Assembly: GCA_965219345.1 (NCBI GenBank)
Contig: OZ244732.1
Coordinates: 480,001-544,000 of the forward strand
Reading direction: 5' to 3'
DNA: 64,000 bases
Source: Nitrosopumilus sp.
GTDB taxonomy: Archaea; Thermoproteota; Nitrososphaeria; Nitrososphaerales; Nitrosopumilaceae
In this document: piece by piece, positions 30,286-39,242 of the stretch
How positions within the stretch are numbered: the stretch's first letter is position 1
How the letters are laid out: each line of letters opens with the position of its first letter
The notes under the pieces: generated by a model
Told to the model about the DNA's origin: nothing
Database searches by the model: none
Seen by the model: only the letters and a program-made list of their open reading frames with translations
Position numbers and translations under genes: made by a program

Positions 30286-31034
30286 AGCGTGGATTATTGC
30301 TGATTGATAGAGGTAGCAGAGAAAGAGAGGCATCTGAAGAATTAGAGATTATTTGTGAGAGAATTAAGGTAAAAACAGACTATGTATTCACAGATTTTTG
30401 TTTTTTAGAGGTGATACCACCATATATTGAGGCTGGAATTACTAAATGTCTCAAAGAAGATATTGATTCATTAACAATAGTTCCTTACTTTTTGTACCCA
30501 GGTAAAAAAGTAAAAAATGCAGTTACTGATGTAATGAAGTTCCAAAAAGACACTAAAGTGAAATTTGTTGTTACAAAGCAAATGAGTATGCACAAAACTT
30601 TGGTAGATGTAGTTGAAAATAGAATATCTACAACACTAAAAGAAAATCAAGTAACTCTTCCAAAAAAAGATGTGGACGTAATGATTATTGGACATGGTAG
30701 TAAAGATCCTAATGCGCAAATGTCACTTAACTACGTAGTAAATGAACTAAAAGATTCCTACAGAAATGTGAGTCGGTGTTGGTTAGAAATTGAACAACCA
30801 GATATTTTTGAAGGAATAAAAAAATGTGAAAAAGATAATCCTAAAATTCTAATAATTGTTTTTTATTTCTTACATGAAGGAGCACATGTAAAAACTGACA
30901 TTAATAATGATTTAACACCAGCGATTGAAAATTCTAGTCTGAAAAAGACATACATTACAAAACATTTGGGAACAGATGAAAAAATGATAGATTTGATAAT
31001 AGAAAGAGCAAAAGAGGTAGAAAATGCAAACTGA
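30282..31034 (+). CDS. cbiX: Sirohydrochlorin cobaltochelatase (two-domain CbiX)
   Basis: Duplicated GSR/GHGSKD..LE..P..PYFL/FYFLHEGAH domains within the cbi operon. Confidence 0.88.
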   Translation: MKRGLLLIDRGSREREASEELEIICERIKVKTDYVFTDFCFLEVIPPYIEAGITKCLKEDIDSLTIVPYFLYPGKKVKNAVTDVMKFQKDTKVKFVVTKQMSMHKTLVDVVENRISTTLKENQVTLPKKDVDVMIIGHGSKDPNAQMSLNYVVNELKDSYRNVSRCWLEIEQPDIFEGIKKCEKDNPKILIIVFYFLHEGAHVKTDINNDLTPAIENSSLKKTYITKHLGTDEKMIDLIIERAKEVENAN

Positions 31035-31665
31035 AAAAGGTCAATCAATTGAAGATGCAAGTATGCAAATGATTGAAGATGAAATCGGCACACATCAATA
31101 TAATGAAAAACAATGGCCTATTGTTAGAAGAGTTATTCATTCTACAGCAGATTTTGATTTTGCAGGTAAAAATAAGATAATTTTTCACAAAGATGCTATT
31201 GAGAGTAGCATGAATGCTTTAAGAAATGGTTGTAGTATTGTGGTTGATGTTAATGGAGTGATTGGTGGTTTGAATAAACAAAATCCTAAGGATTTTGGAA
31301 ATAACATAGTTTGTAATATTTCAAATCCAGAAATTATGGAATTGGCAAAAAAGGAAGGAAAAACACGCTCTCAAGTCTCTATGAGAGCGGCCGTGTCTGA
31401 CATTAATGGAGGAGTTGTAGTCATTGGAAATGCGCCTACTGCACTTCTGGAAGTAATTCGGATGATAAAAGAAGGCACTGTCAAGCCTGCGCTAATTATT
31501 GGAATCCCAGTAGGATTCATCTCTGCTGCAGAATCAAAAGATGAATTATCTAAGTTGGAGGAGGTGCCATTTATCACTAACATAGGTAGAAAGGGAGGTA
31601 GTTCATCGGCATCTGCAATAATTAATGCAATCTTCAAATTAATTAGAGCAGAATCATCTTCTTGA
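31024..31665 (+). CDS. cbiC: Cobalt-precorrin-8 methylmutase
   Basis: RRVIHSTADFD, IGNAPTAL, GIPVGFISAAESK, GRKGGS. Confidence 0.96.
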   Translation: MQTEKGQSIEDASMQMIEDEIGTHQYNEKQWPIVRRVIHSTADFDFAGKNKIIFHKDAIESSMNALRNGCSIVVDVNGVIGGLNKQNPKDFGNNIVCNISNPEIMELAKKEGKTRSQVSMRAAVSDINGGVVVIGNAPTALLEVIRMIKEGTVKPALIIGIPVGFISAAESKDELSKLEEVPFITNIGRKGGSSSASAIINAIFKLIRAESSS

Positions 31666-33027
31666 ATATTTTAGGCAATTTTTAACAAAAATTTGGGCAT
31701 AGTTTGAGCTATCAAAATAGAGATGACCATACGAAGCAAGTGTATTATATTGCATCATTCCATCCTGATGGTTTTTGATGCCTTCACCAATTTTCAAGTC
31801 ATAAGCAAATTTAGAATCAGAAGAGACTGAATCTAACTGTGAATAATGAAATTCATGACCTTGAATATTATGTAATTTTTCTGATATGATAGTTTTGGCA
31901 GTAATCTTACCTTTTGTATAATTAAGTCTCATTTTCTTTGTCATTTTAGTTTCAGCATCAAATAGACCAACCATTTTGTGTTTTTTGTTATGATTAACAA
32001 TAGATTTTGTAAGATACATTAATCCACCACATTCAGCATAAATTGGAAGGTTATCTTCAGCCAATTTCTTAATAGTTTTTTTCATAGTTTGATTTTTTCC
32101 AAGTAAATTGCCTATAACTTCAGGAAAGCCACCACCAATGTAAATTCCATCACATTTTGGAATTTTTTTATCTTTAACAGGACTAAAAAATTTTAGAGAA
32201 GCTCCTTCACGTTGTAATGATTCCAGATTATCTTGGTAGTAGAAATTAAATGAAGTGTCAAGAGCAACTGCAATCGTAGTTTTTGTTTTTTTATGAACAG
32301 GTTTTGATTTTTTTGGAAGTTCAATAGGATTTTTCAAAATTTTAACAATTTGATGAATATCTAGAGATTCTGAAATTATTTTTGAAATTTTTTCAATCTT
32401 ATTTTTTAGAGTTTTGTTATCTAATGTCGAAATTAATCCAAGATGTCGTGATTCTAGATTTAGTAGTGGGTTTTTTGGAATTACACCAATAACTGGAATT
32501 TTAGTTTTTTTCAATGCACTTTTGCATAGAATTTCATGCTTTTTGCTACCAATTTTGTTGAGAATAATTCCAGAAATTCTTGAATTTCTATGAAATTTTT
32601 GAAAACCTAGAGCAGTAGCTGCAATAGAACGAGCAGTTTTGCTTGCATCTAAAACTAAGAGTACTGGAGATTTTGTTATAGAAGCTACATGATGAGTGCT
32701 TGCATAATTAGAATCTCCATTAAAACCATCATAGTAACCCATTACACCTTCAATTACAGATACATCAGACTTTGAATTAGAAATAAAACTATTCAAAAGT
32801 TGATTCTTTCCCATCAACCAAACATCTAAGTTGTATGTTTCACGTTTTGAAATACTTGATAGGTAACTAGGATCAATATAATCAGGGCCTACCTTAAATG
32901 GTTGGACTGAATAACCTTGTTTTTGCAAGGCATGAATAATAGAACAAGTAATGGATGTTTTGCCAACCCCACTTGTAGCGCCTGTTAGTATGATTCTTGG
33001 AATTTTCAATTGCATGATTAGAATCAT
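31654..33027 (-). CDS. cbiA: Cobyrinate a,c-diamide synthase
   Basis: SGVGKT, FKVGPDYIDP, IEGVMG, GGGFPE, AECGGLMYL, GHEFHYS. Confidence 0.95.
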   Translation of the reverse strand: MILIMQLKIPRIILTGATSGVGKTSITCSIIHALQKQGYSVQPFKVGPDYIDPSYLSSISKRETYNLDVWLMGKNQLLNSFISNSKSDVSVIEGVMGYYDGFNGDSNYASTHHVASITKSPVLLVLDASKTARSIAATALGFQKFHRNSRISGIILNKIGSKKHEILCKSALKKTKIPVIGVIPKNPLLNLESRHLGLISTLDNKTLKNKIEKISKIISESLDIHQIVKILKNPIELPKKSKPVHKKTKTTIAVALDTSFNFYYQDNLESLQREGASLKFFSPVKDKKIPKCDGIYIGGGFPEVIGNLLGKNQTMKKTIKKLAEDNLPIYAECGGLMYLTKSIVNHNKKHKMVGLFDAETKMTKKMRLNYTKGKITAKTIISEKLHNIQGHEFHYSQLDSVSSDSKFAYDLKIGEGIKNHQDGMMQYNTLASYGHLYFDSSNYAQIFVKNCLKYSRR

Positions 33028-33097
33028 TTTTTTATTTAAATTGGTTTATTTTTGAGAAATGCTCAATGTTTTTAGTGAGATTAATTGAATACCAGCT

Positions 33098-33631
33098 ATG
33101 GAAAGAGATGGTTTAACCATTGTTTATACCGGGAAAGGTAAAGGAAAGACAACAGCAGCATTAGGAATTGCGTTAAGAGCCACAGGTTGTAAAAAGAAGA
33201 TTTGTATGATTCAGTTCATTAAGGGTTCATGGCATTATGGTGAAATGGATTCATCCAAAAGACTTGAGCCTGAATTTGAAATGATTGCTGTAGGTAAAGG
33301 ATTTGTAGGAATAATAGACGATAAAAGCTCAAAGGAAGATCATAAAAAAATTGCAAAAGAGGCAATTAGAATTAGTAACGAAAAGATTCATTCAGGAAAC
33401 TACGATATTGTCATTTTAGATGAAATTAACTATGCTGTCAATCTTGAACTAATTTCAGTTGATGATGTTCTAAATTTAATCAAATTAAAACCTCCAGGGA
33501 TGGATTTAGTGCTAACAGGAAATTATGCCAAAGACGAAGTAATTGAAATATCTGATCTAGTTACAGAGATGAGAGAGATAAAGCATCCATTTCAACGTGG
33601 TATTAAAGCTAAGAAAGGAATTGATTTCTAA
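33098..33631 (+). CDS. cobO: Cob(I)yrinate diamide adenosyltransferase (BtuR/CobO type)
   Basis: YTGKGKGKTTAALG, QFIKG, LDEI, KHPF..GI.A.KGIDF. Confidence 0.95.
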   Translation: MERDGLTIVYTGKGKGKTTAALGIALRATGCKKKICMIQFIKGSWHYGEMDSSKRLEPEFEMIAVGKGFVGIIDDKSSKEDHKKIAKEAIRISNEKIHSGNYDIVILDEINYAVNLELISVDDVLNLIKLKPPGMDLVLTGNYAKDEVIEISDLVTEMREIKHPFQRGIKAKKGIDF

Positions 33632-33671
33632 CCAGCAACATTAATTTACACACTCATGGGTTTTAGAAGAA

Positions 33672-34469
33672 ATGTCTATCGAAATTCAAGAGATGCCTGA
33701 ACAAGGAGAGATTGTTCTTGCTACGGTTACTAAAGTAATGGATCATGGGTCTTATGTGACATTAGATGAATATGACAATATACAAGGATTTTTACATATT
33801 TCAGAGATTGCTCCAGGTTGGATTAGATCAATAAACAGATTTGTCAAAGATGGGGAGAAAAAAGTTCTACTTGTAAAGAAAGTAAATCTTAAACGAGGAG
33901 ACATTGATCTGTCATTAAAACAAATCTCTAAAGATCAAAAAAAACAAAAACTAAAGGAAGTTAAAAAATTCGAAAAAGGTAAAACGTTATTACAAAATGT
34001 TAAAGAAAAAGCAAAGTTATCAGATAAAGAAGTTGAAAAGTTAGAAGACAGTATTTATTCAAAATTTGATTCAGTTTATGATGCATTTATAGAAATTGGA
34101 AGAAATGGGATTGAGTCTGTTAATGAGCTCAAACTTGCAAAAAAAACTGCAGATGCAATTGAGGGAATTTGCTCTAAAATAAAACTTCCATCCGTTGAAA
34201 TTAGAGGAATTATGGAAATTACAAATGAAAAATCAGATGGGGTAGAAATTATTAAAAAAATCTTAATAGATATACTAAAAAAAAATTCTACTATTGATAT
34301 TACATATTTGGGAGCGCCAAAATATAGACTATCAATTACTTCAGATAATTTCAAATCAGCTGAAAAATTACTAAAGCCAATCATTGCTGAAATTCAAACT
34401 AACATCGAAAAGAAAAAAGGATCATTCAAATTTACTAGAGAAGAGTCAAAGAAAACCAGAGAAAATTAA
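33672..34469 (+). CDS. eif2a: Translation initiation factor 2 alpha subunit
   Basis: S1 domain LDEY..GFLHISEIA, IDLSLK, GAPKYR; followed by nop10. Confidence 0.95.
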   Translation: MSIEIQEMPEQGEIVLATVTKVMDHGSYVTLDEYDNIQGFLHISEIAPGWIRSINRFVKDGEKKVLLVKKVNLKRGDIDLSLKQISKDQKKQKLKEVKKFEKGKTLLQNVKEKAKLSDKEVEKLEDSIYSKFDSVYDAFIEIGRNGIESVNELKLAKKTADAIEGICSKIKLPSVEIRGIMEITNEKSDGVEIIKKILIDILKKNSTIDITYLGAPKYRLSITSDNFKSAEKLLKPIIAEIQTNIEKKKGSFKFTREESKKTREN

Positions 34470-34470
34470 A

Positions 34471-34626
34471 ATGAGATTTCAATTAAGAAAATGTTCAAAA
34501 TGTAATCATTATACACTAAAAGAAAAATGTCCTAAATGTAACGAAGAAACAATTTCTGTACATCCGGCTAAATTTTCGCCTGATGACAAATACATGAGAT
34601 ACAGATTAGCTGAGAGATATAACTAG
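34471..34626 (+). CDS. nop10: H/ACA RNP protein Nop10
   Basis: LRKCSKC..YTLKEKCPKC...HPAKFSPDDKYMRYR. Confidence 0.94.
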   Translation: MRFQLRKCSKCNHYTLKEKCPKCNEETISVHPAKFSPDDKYMRYRLAERYN

Positions 34627-34650
34627 GATTTTAGGAAGTCAAGTTGGAAA

Positions 34651-35106
34651 TTACGGAGAATATTTTCCTTCTAGTCTAGTTTCTGCAATTATATGATTCT
34701 TCATAGCTTTTTCTATTTGCTTTTTAGTTGAGTCTTTATCAACATCCAATTTTTGATCTAATGCATATAGTTTGAAGATGTATGTATGTTCTTTATCTGG
34801 AGGAGCTGGTCCGCCATAACCAATTTCTCCAAAATCAGTTTCGCCTTGAAGACAATTTGATGGAATAGAATTTTCTTTAAATTCTACAACATTAGGTTCA
34901 ATATTCCACAAAACCCAATGTACCCAAACTTTTCCAACAGCACCCATAGCATCAGGATCATCCATTATAAGAGCTAGAGACGATGTATTTTCAGGAACAC
35001 CACTAATCTTTAGAGGAGGACTTTGATTTCCATTTTTATAACCATATTTTCTAGGTATCACTTGCCCACTATCAAATGCATCACTTTCTAAAATAAAATT
35101 ACTCAT
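34651..35106 (-). CDS. YbhB/YbcL family (PEBP-like) protein
   Basis: DDPDA, WVHWVLWNI, YGGPAPP..H.Y.F.LYALD. Confidence 0.93.
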   Translation of the reverse strand: MSNFILESDAFDSGQVIPRKYGYKNGNQSPPLKISGVPENTSSLALIMDDPDAMGAVGKVWVHWVLWNIEPNVVEFKENSIPSNCLQGETDFGEIGYGGPAPPDKEHTYIFKLYALDQKLDVDKDSTKKQIEKAMKNHIIAETRLEGKYSP

Positions 35107-35140
35107 ATTAGAATTTAGAAATGCTCAAAGTTAAATTTTT

Positions 35141-35509
35141 CTAAGATTCTAAAACTATTTTATCATTTGAAAAAGACATAATAGAACTTCCAAGATTCTT
35201 GATCTGTTTTTTTAGTTCTTTATCCATTGTGGCAACAATTACTTTGTTGTTTAAAACATAACCAAGTAACTCTTTATCAGCAAATGTACCAAGGATAGGG
35301 ATTGTTTTGAAATTTTTTATGTGATTAAGAGTTGATTGAATATCTTGATTTTTTTCTGGGTTTTTTGCTAATTCGGATAACTCATTTTTTACAACCTGTG
35401 GTACAACAAAAGTGATTTGGCCAATTTCTACATCAAGATTATCAATATTTTTGATTCTTCTAGTTGCCAGATGAATTAGAAAATTTGTGTCACAGATTAC
35501 TTCAACCAA
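35141..35509 (-). CDS. PIN-domain protein (Fcf1/Utp24-like)
   Basis: ICDTNFL, VKNEL, VATMDKELK; downstream of aIF2 gamma, a known archaeal arrangement. Confidence 0.88.
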   Translation of the reverse strand: MVEVICDTNFLIHLATRRIKNIDNLDVEIGQITFVVPQVVKNELSELAKNPEKNQDIQSTLNHIKNFKTIPILGTFADKELLGYVLNNKVIVATMDKELKKQIKNLGSSIMSFSNDKIVLES

Positions 35510-36764
35510 CTATTCCTGCACCAATCAGTCTCCATCTTTCAGCAATTCTCCTACTAATTGCCACATTTCCGCCTTCAAAGATGCAGGCAGGTCTCCTAAG
35601 TTCAATCTCAATACTTTTGGATTTTATTTTGTTAACCTTACCCAATACAGGAGCAGTTCCAATATTTAGTCGAAGTAGTTCACCTGATTGAATTGGTTGG
35701 ACTTTAACATCCTCAGTAATTCCTACTGCAGAATCAAATAGATTCACTTCTAGTTTTAATTGTGAGAAATTTTCAGGAAGTGTATCAGGTTTTCCAATAA
35801 CTGACCCGATAAATGAATCACTTCTAGTCATAGAAGGATCTAATTTTGTTCCAATGGCAACCAAGCCACCTGGCTTTACTGATTTAACAATTCCTGCGGC
35901 TGTTCCTAGAGAAATAATTTCTGTCACTAAAGGTTCGTAAGACTTTTTTTTCTCATTCATAACACCAGGTTTAATTTCAATTTCATCACCAACATTGAAA
36001 ACTCCTTGGGTTAGGCTTCCACCAATGACACCTCCTTTAATATTTTTTAATTTCGTACCAGGTTTGTTTACATCAAAAGAACGTAAAACATGCATAACAG
36101 TATCTTTTTTTTCATCTCTTTCAGGTGTTTTGATTGTTGATTCTATAGAGCTAATTAATGCATTAGTATTCAATCCAGATTGTGCAGAAATAGGAATAAT
36201 AGGTGAGTTTGCAGCATGAGTTCCTTTGACAAATTTTGTTATATCTTGATAGTTTGCTAATACTTCTTTGTAAGAGAGTAGATCAACTTTGTTTTGGACT
36301 ACAACTATTTGTTTAATTCCAAGAGTTTGGAGGGCTAAAAGATGTTCTTTTGTTTGTGGTTTAGGAACTTTCTCATTTGCAGCAACCAATAGTAAAGCAC
36401 CATCCATCAAGGCAGAACCTGAAAGCATATTTGCCATCAAACTTTCGTGTCCAGGACTATCCACAAAACTTACAACTCTAGATAATTCACTTTTCTTTCC
36501 ACAATTATTGCATTTTGGGGTTGTAGAATATCCTAAAGATTCCTCACAACTTTTGCATTTGTAGAATGCAGCATCAGAGTATCCCACACGAATAGTAATT
36601 CCACGTTTTAGTTCTTGGCTATGTACACTTGTCCATGAACCAGTTAATGCCTGAATAAGAGTAGTTTTGCCGTGATCTACATGACCAGCAGTTCCAATGT
36701 TAACACATGGTTGATACCCATATTTTTTAATGTACCAATCAGGAAGTGTTTCTCTCCAATGCAT
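35502..36764 (-). CDS. eif2g: Translation initiation factor 2 gamma subunit
   Basis: GHVDHGKTT, RGITI, zinc knuckle, DSPGH, NKVD, WRLIG. Confidence 0.97.
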   Translation of the reverse strand: MHWRETLPDWYIKKYGYQPCVNIGTAGHVDHGKTTLIQALTGSWTSVHSQELKRGITIRVGYSDAAFYKCKSCEESLGYSTTPKCNNCGKKSELSRVVSFVDSPGHESLMANMLSGSALMDGALLLVAANEKVPKPQTKEHLLALQTLGIKQIVVVQNKVDLLSYKEVLANYQDITKFVKGTHAANSPIIPISAQSGLNTNALISSIESTIKTPERDEKKDTVMHVLRSFDVNKPGTKLKNIKGGVIGGSLTQGVFNVGDEIEIKPGVMNEKKKSYEPLVTEIISLGTAAGIVKSVKPGGLVAIGTKLDPSMTRSDSFIGSVIGKPDTLPENFSQLKLEVNLFDSAVGITEDVKVQPIQSGELLRLNIGTAPVLGKVNKIKSKSIEIELRRPACIFEGGNVAISRRIAERWRLIGAGIVG

Positions 36765-36795
36765 GAGTCAAAATGTAGAATTGGTATATGTTAAG

Positions 36796-37206
36796 TTATT
36801 CTTTTTTATCTTCAGTTTTTTCTTCTGTGGACTCTGTTGCATCTTCAGTTGGTGTTTCAACTGGTAATTCTCCATCAAATTTACAATTTACTTGATAGAT
36901 TTCTTCTGATACTGTATTTCCACGCATTAATTTTCTTACTCTTTGTCCAGTCTCTGCAGCTTGCAAACCTACTCCTTTAGAAAGTAAAACATATTTTCTT
37001 ATTGCACCATGAATATCATTTCTCATAGGAACACCAGATTTGTCACTTCCTCCAGTGAGTTTTAATTTTCCATTTAGCCCTACAATTGCTGCATCAGTTT
37101 CATTACCTAGTTGTAATCCTAGTATGGGATTTGCATCGCTGTCTTTAAGTTCCTTTGAAACAGATTTTCCCTTAATATCTGAGATTGTAAGTTTGAAGTT
37201 AGCCAA
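36796..37206 (-). CDS. rps6e: 30S ribosomal protein S6e
   Basis: LTGGSDKSGVPM, RKLMRGN; start set at TTG 37206. Confidence 0.95.
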   Translation of the reverse strand: MANFKLTISDIKGKSVSKELKDSDANPILGLQLGNETDAAIVGLNGKLKLTGGSDKSGVPMRNDIHGAIRKYVLLSKGVGLQAAETGQRVRKLMRGNTVSEEIYQVNCKFDGELPVETPTEDATESTEEKTEDKKE

Positions 37207-37279
37207 GTATTCCAAAAAAAGTTGAACGACTAATTAACCTTTGGACATTATTTTTAAATCAAGATTCACAAAGACGGAC

Positions 37280-37402
37280 ATGGTAAAAGACATTAGATGC
37301 CCAAAATGTGATAACAGGATGGTAGATATACAAGCTTGTCATATGTTTTGTCCCAACTGTGGATCCCATTTAGATTGCTCAGATAAAGGAAATTATTGGT
37401 AA
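37280..37402 (+). CDS. Small CPxCG-type zinc-finger protein (40 aa)
   Basis: MVKDIRCPKCDNRMVDIQACHMFCPNCGSHLDCSDKGNYW. Confidence 0.75.
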   Translation: MVKDIRCPKCDNRMVDIQACHMFCPNCGSHLDCSDKGNYW

Positions 37403-37576
37403 TTAGATTCCAGGTCTATCTGGAATATAGTCAGATACCATATTCATTGCATGATCTTTCATAATTTCAAGATAGGTATCGTAGTCTGCTTCAAAGTTGC
37501 AGTGAGGGCATTTTACCTTTGTAATTTCGTCATCTAAAATTGCGACTTTTTCGCACTCTGGGCATCTTGCATCCAT
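37403..37576 (-). CDS. Small zinc-ribbon protein (57 aa)
   Basis: MDARCPECEK...VKCPHCNFEADYDTYLEIMKD...PDRPGI. Confidence 0.78.
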   Translation of the reverse strand: MDARCPECEKVAILDDEITKVKCPHCNFEADYDTYLEIMKDHAMNMVSDYIPDRPGI

Positions 37577-37628
37577 GTTTTAGTTTCCCAATCAAGATAT
37601 TTAATCATAATTATTGAATATGTCCTAA

Positions 37629-37702
37629 GCGGAGTTAGTTTAGTCTGGTATAACGTCAGCTTCCCAAGCTGAAGGCCGCGGGTTCAAATCCCGCACTCCG
37701 CA
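37629..37702 (+). tRNA. tRNA-Gly (anticodon CCC)
   Basis: GCGGAGT/ACTCCGC acceptor; TCAGC-TTCCCAA-GCTGA anticodon arm; TTCAAAT T-loop. Confidence 0.96.
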
Positions 37703-38671
37703 TCATAGTTCTCTAATTGCTTGTTCTATTACTCCTCTATCTGGAGCTCGTGGAAGATATTTCAAATAACTTTTGAGATCTTCTTTTGCGTCAGAATTTT
37801 TGTTTTGTTTTTCTCGAAGATAAGCACGGTTTTTGTAAATTTTAGCAGATCTTTTTGGATCAATTTCAATAGCTTTGGTATAATAACTCTCTGCCTTTTC
37901 AAATTGATTTGTTTTAAGATAAAAATTTCCCAAGCCGTTACAAGTTAGATATGATCTGTTATTGATTTCTAGGCATTTTTCATAAAACTTGACACATTCA
38001 GAAGAATTTTGTTCATTCATCATCGCACCCAATAAATATAGAGCAGTTGAGTTGTTTGGATTAAGTTCTATGGCTTGCTTTAATGATTCAAGTGTTTCGG
38101 AAGAATTCTTTAAAATATTTGATCTTTCGGAGACAAAACACAGCCTATTTGATTTGTCAGTAGAATCATTTTCAAGTCGTACAGAAGATAAGACTTTTGA
38201 TGGGGCCAACGTTATCAATAATCTTCCCTCTTCTGACCATTCCTTATCAAAGATATCCTGTGGGATAGCTCCTTCTTGTTGTTCTCCTTCTTGATTACCT
38301 TTCTGAATATAATGAAGAATTATCTTTTCTTCATCATTATAACCGGTAATGACGGAAGCATGTTGTGTAATTTCTGGAATTCCTGGAAGAATAACAATTG
38401 GAGGTATTCCAGAATCAACAATTTTTTTTAATTCAGATAAAGATGAATTTACTATTTTGCATGTTAAACCATGTCTTTCTGCGGATTCTATTCCTTCAAT
38501 TAGAATACTACCATTAAATCCTGAATATTTCTTTGTAGTTTCTATGGATTCGGCTATAGGTAGTTCAATATTCCAATATTTTGATACCACGTTAATGGGT
38601 AATGGAAGACAAATATTTTCTTCATCAATAAGAGGTAAAAATAATTCATGGTCTTCTTGTTCCATTAACAA
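37703..38671 (-). CDS. Peptidase C39-like domain plus TPR repeat protein
   Basis: N-terminal NICLP (Cys) and QHASVITGY (His); C-terminal TPR motifs (AIELNPN, YTKAIEIDP). Confidence 0.8.
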   Translation of the reverse strand: MLMEQEDHELFLPLIDEENICLPLPINVVSKYWNIELPIAESIETTKKYSGFNGSILIEGIESAERHGLTCKIVNSSLSELKKIVDSGIPPIVILPGIPEITQHASVITGYNDEEKIILHYIQKGNQEGEQQEGAIPQDIFDKEWSEEGRLLITLAPSKVLSSVRLENDSTDKSNRLCFVSERSNILKNSSETLESLKQAIELNPNNSTALYLLGAMMNEQNSSECVKFYEKCLEINNRSYLTCNGLGNFYLKTNQFEKAESYYTKAIEIDPKRSAKIYKNRAYLREKQNKNSDAKEDLKSYLKYLPRAPDRGVIEQAIREL

Positions 38672-38699
38672 AAGAAATTTTGAGAGTTATTAAAATCAA

Positions 38700-39242
38700 T
38701 CAGAGGGAACAGAATTTTTCAATCAAATCGTGACCATCTTGACTCATTTCTGGATGAAATTGAGTTCCAAAAATTAGCTTTTTTTCATATTGGATGATTT
38801 CATATTTACAATACTTTGATTCTGCAAGTGGAATTAATGTACTAGGTAGTTTAGATATCTCAAACCCATGACTTTCAAAGACATCTAAAGAGTCACTAGA
38901 GATTGGGTTTGCTTTGAAAATTTTGATCGTTTCATTTCCTTTGTGAAGTGATAAAGTCTTTCTAATTGTTCCTCCTAAAGTAAGAGCTAAGATTTCTGCA
39001 CCATAACAAATTCCAAGTAATTTTGTATTATTTTTAATTGAACAAGTAATAATTTTGGAATTGATTTCATTAATCTTTTTTTCATTTTTTCTTCTTCCAG
39101 ATAAAATTATGGAATCATAATTTTCAAGTGAGATTAATTCTAAAAGTTGAGGAGTTTGTTCTTTGAATAAAATATTTTTTTCGTTTAGAAAATCAGTTAA
39201 GTTTTTTGTATAGATAGAACCGTTATCAACAACAAGGAGCAA
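38700..39242 (-). CDS. Class I glutamine amidotransferase (GMP synthase subunit A-like)
   Basis: VVDNGS, IILSG, LLGICYG, GTQFHPE. Confidence 0.88.
   Translation of the reverse strand: MLLVVDNGSIYTKNLTDFLNEKNILFKEQTPQLLELISLENYDSIILSGRRKNEKKINEINSKIITCSIKNNTKLLGICYGAEILALTLGGTIRKTLSLHKGNETIKIFKANPISSDSLDVFESHGFEISKLPSTLIPLAESKYCKYEIIQYEKKLIFGTQFHPEMSQDGHDLIEKFCSL

Noticed and set aside
28098-33631. Cobalamin cluster as a novelty
   Set aside because: Anaerobic-route B12 synthesis is well established in ammonia-oxidising archaea
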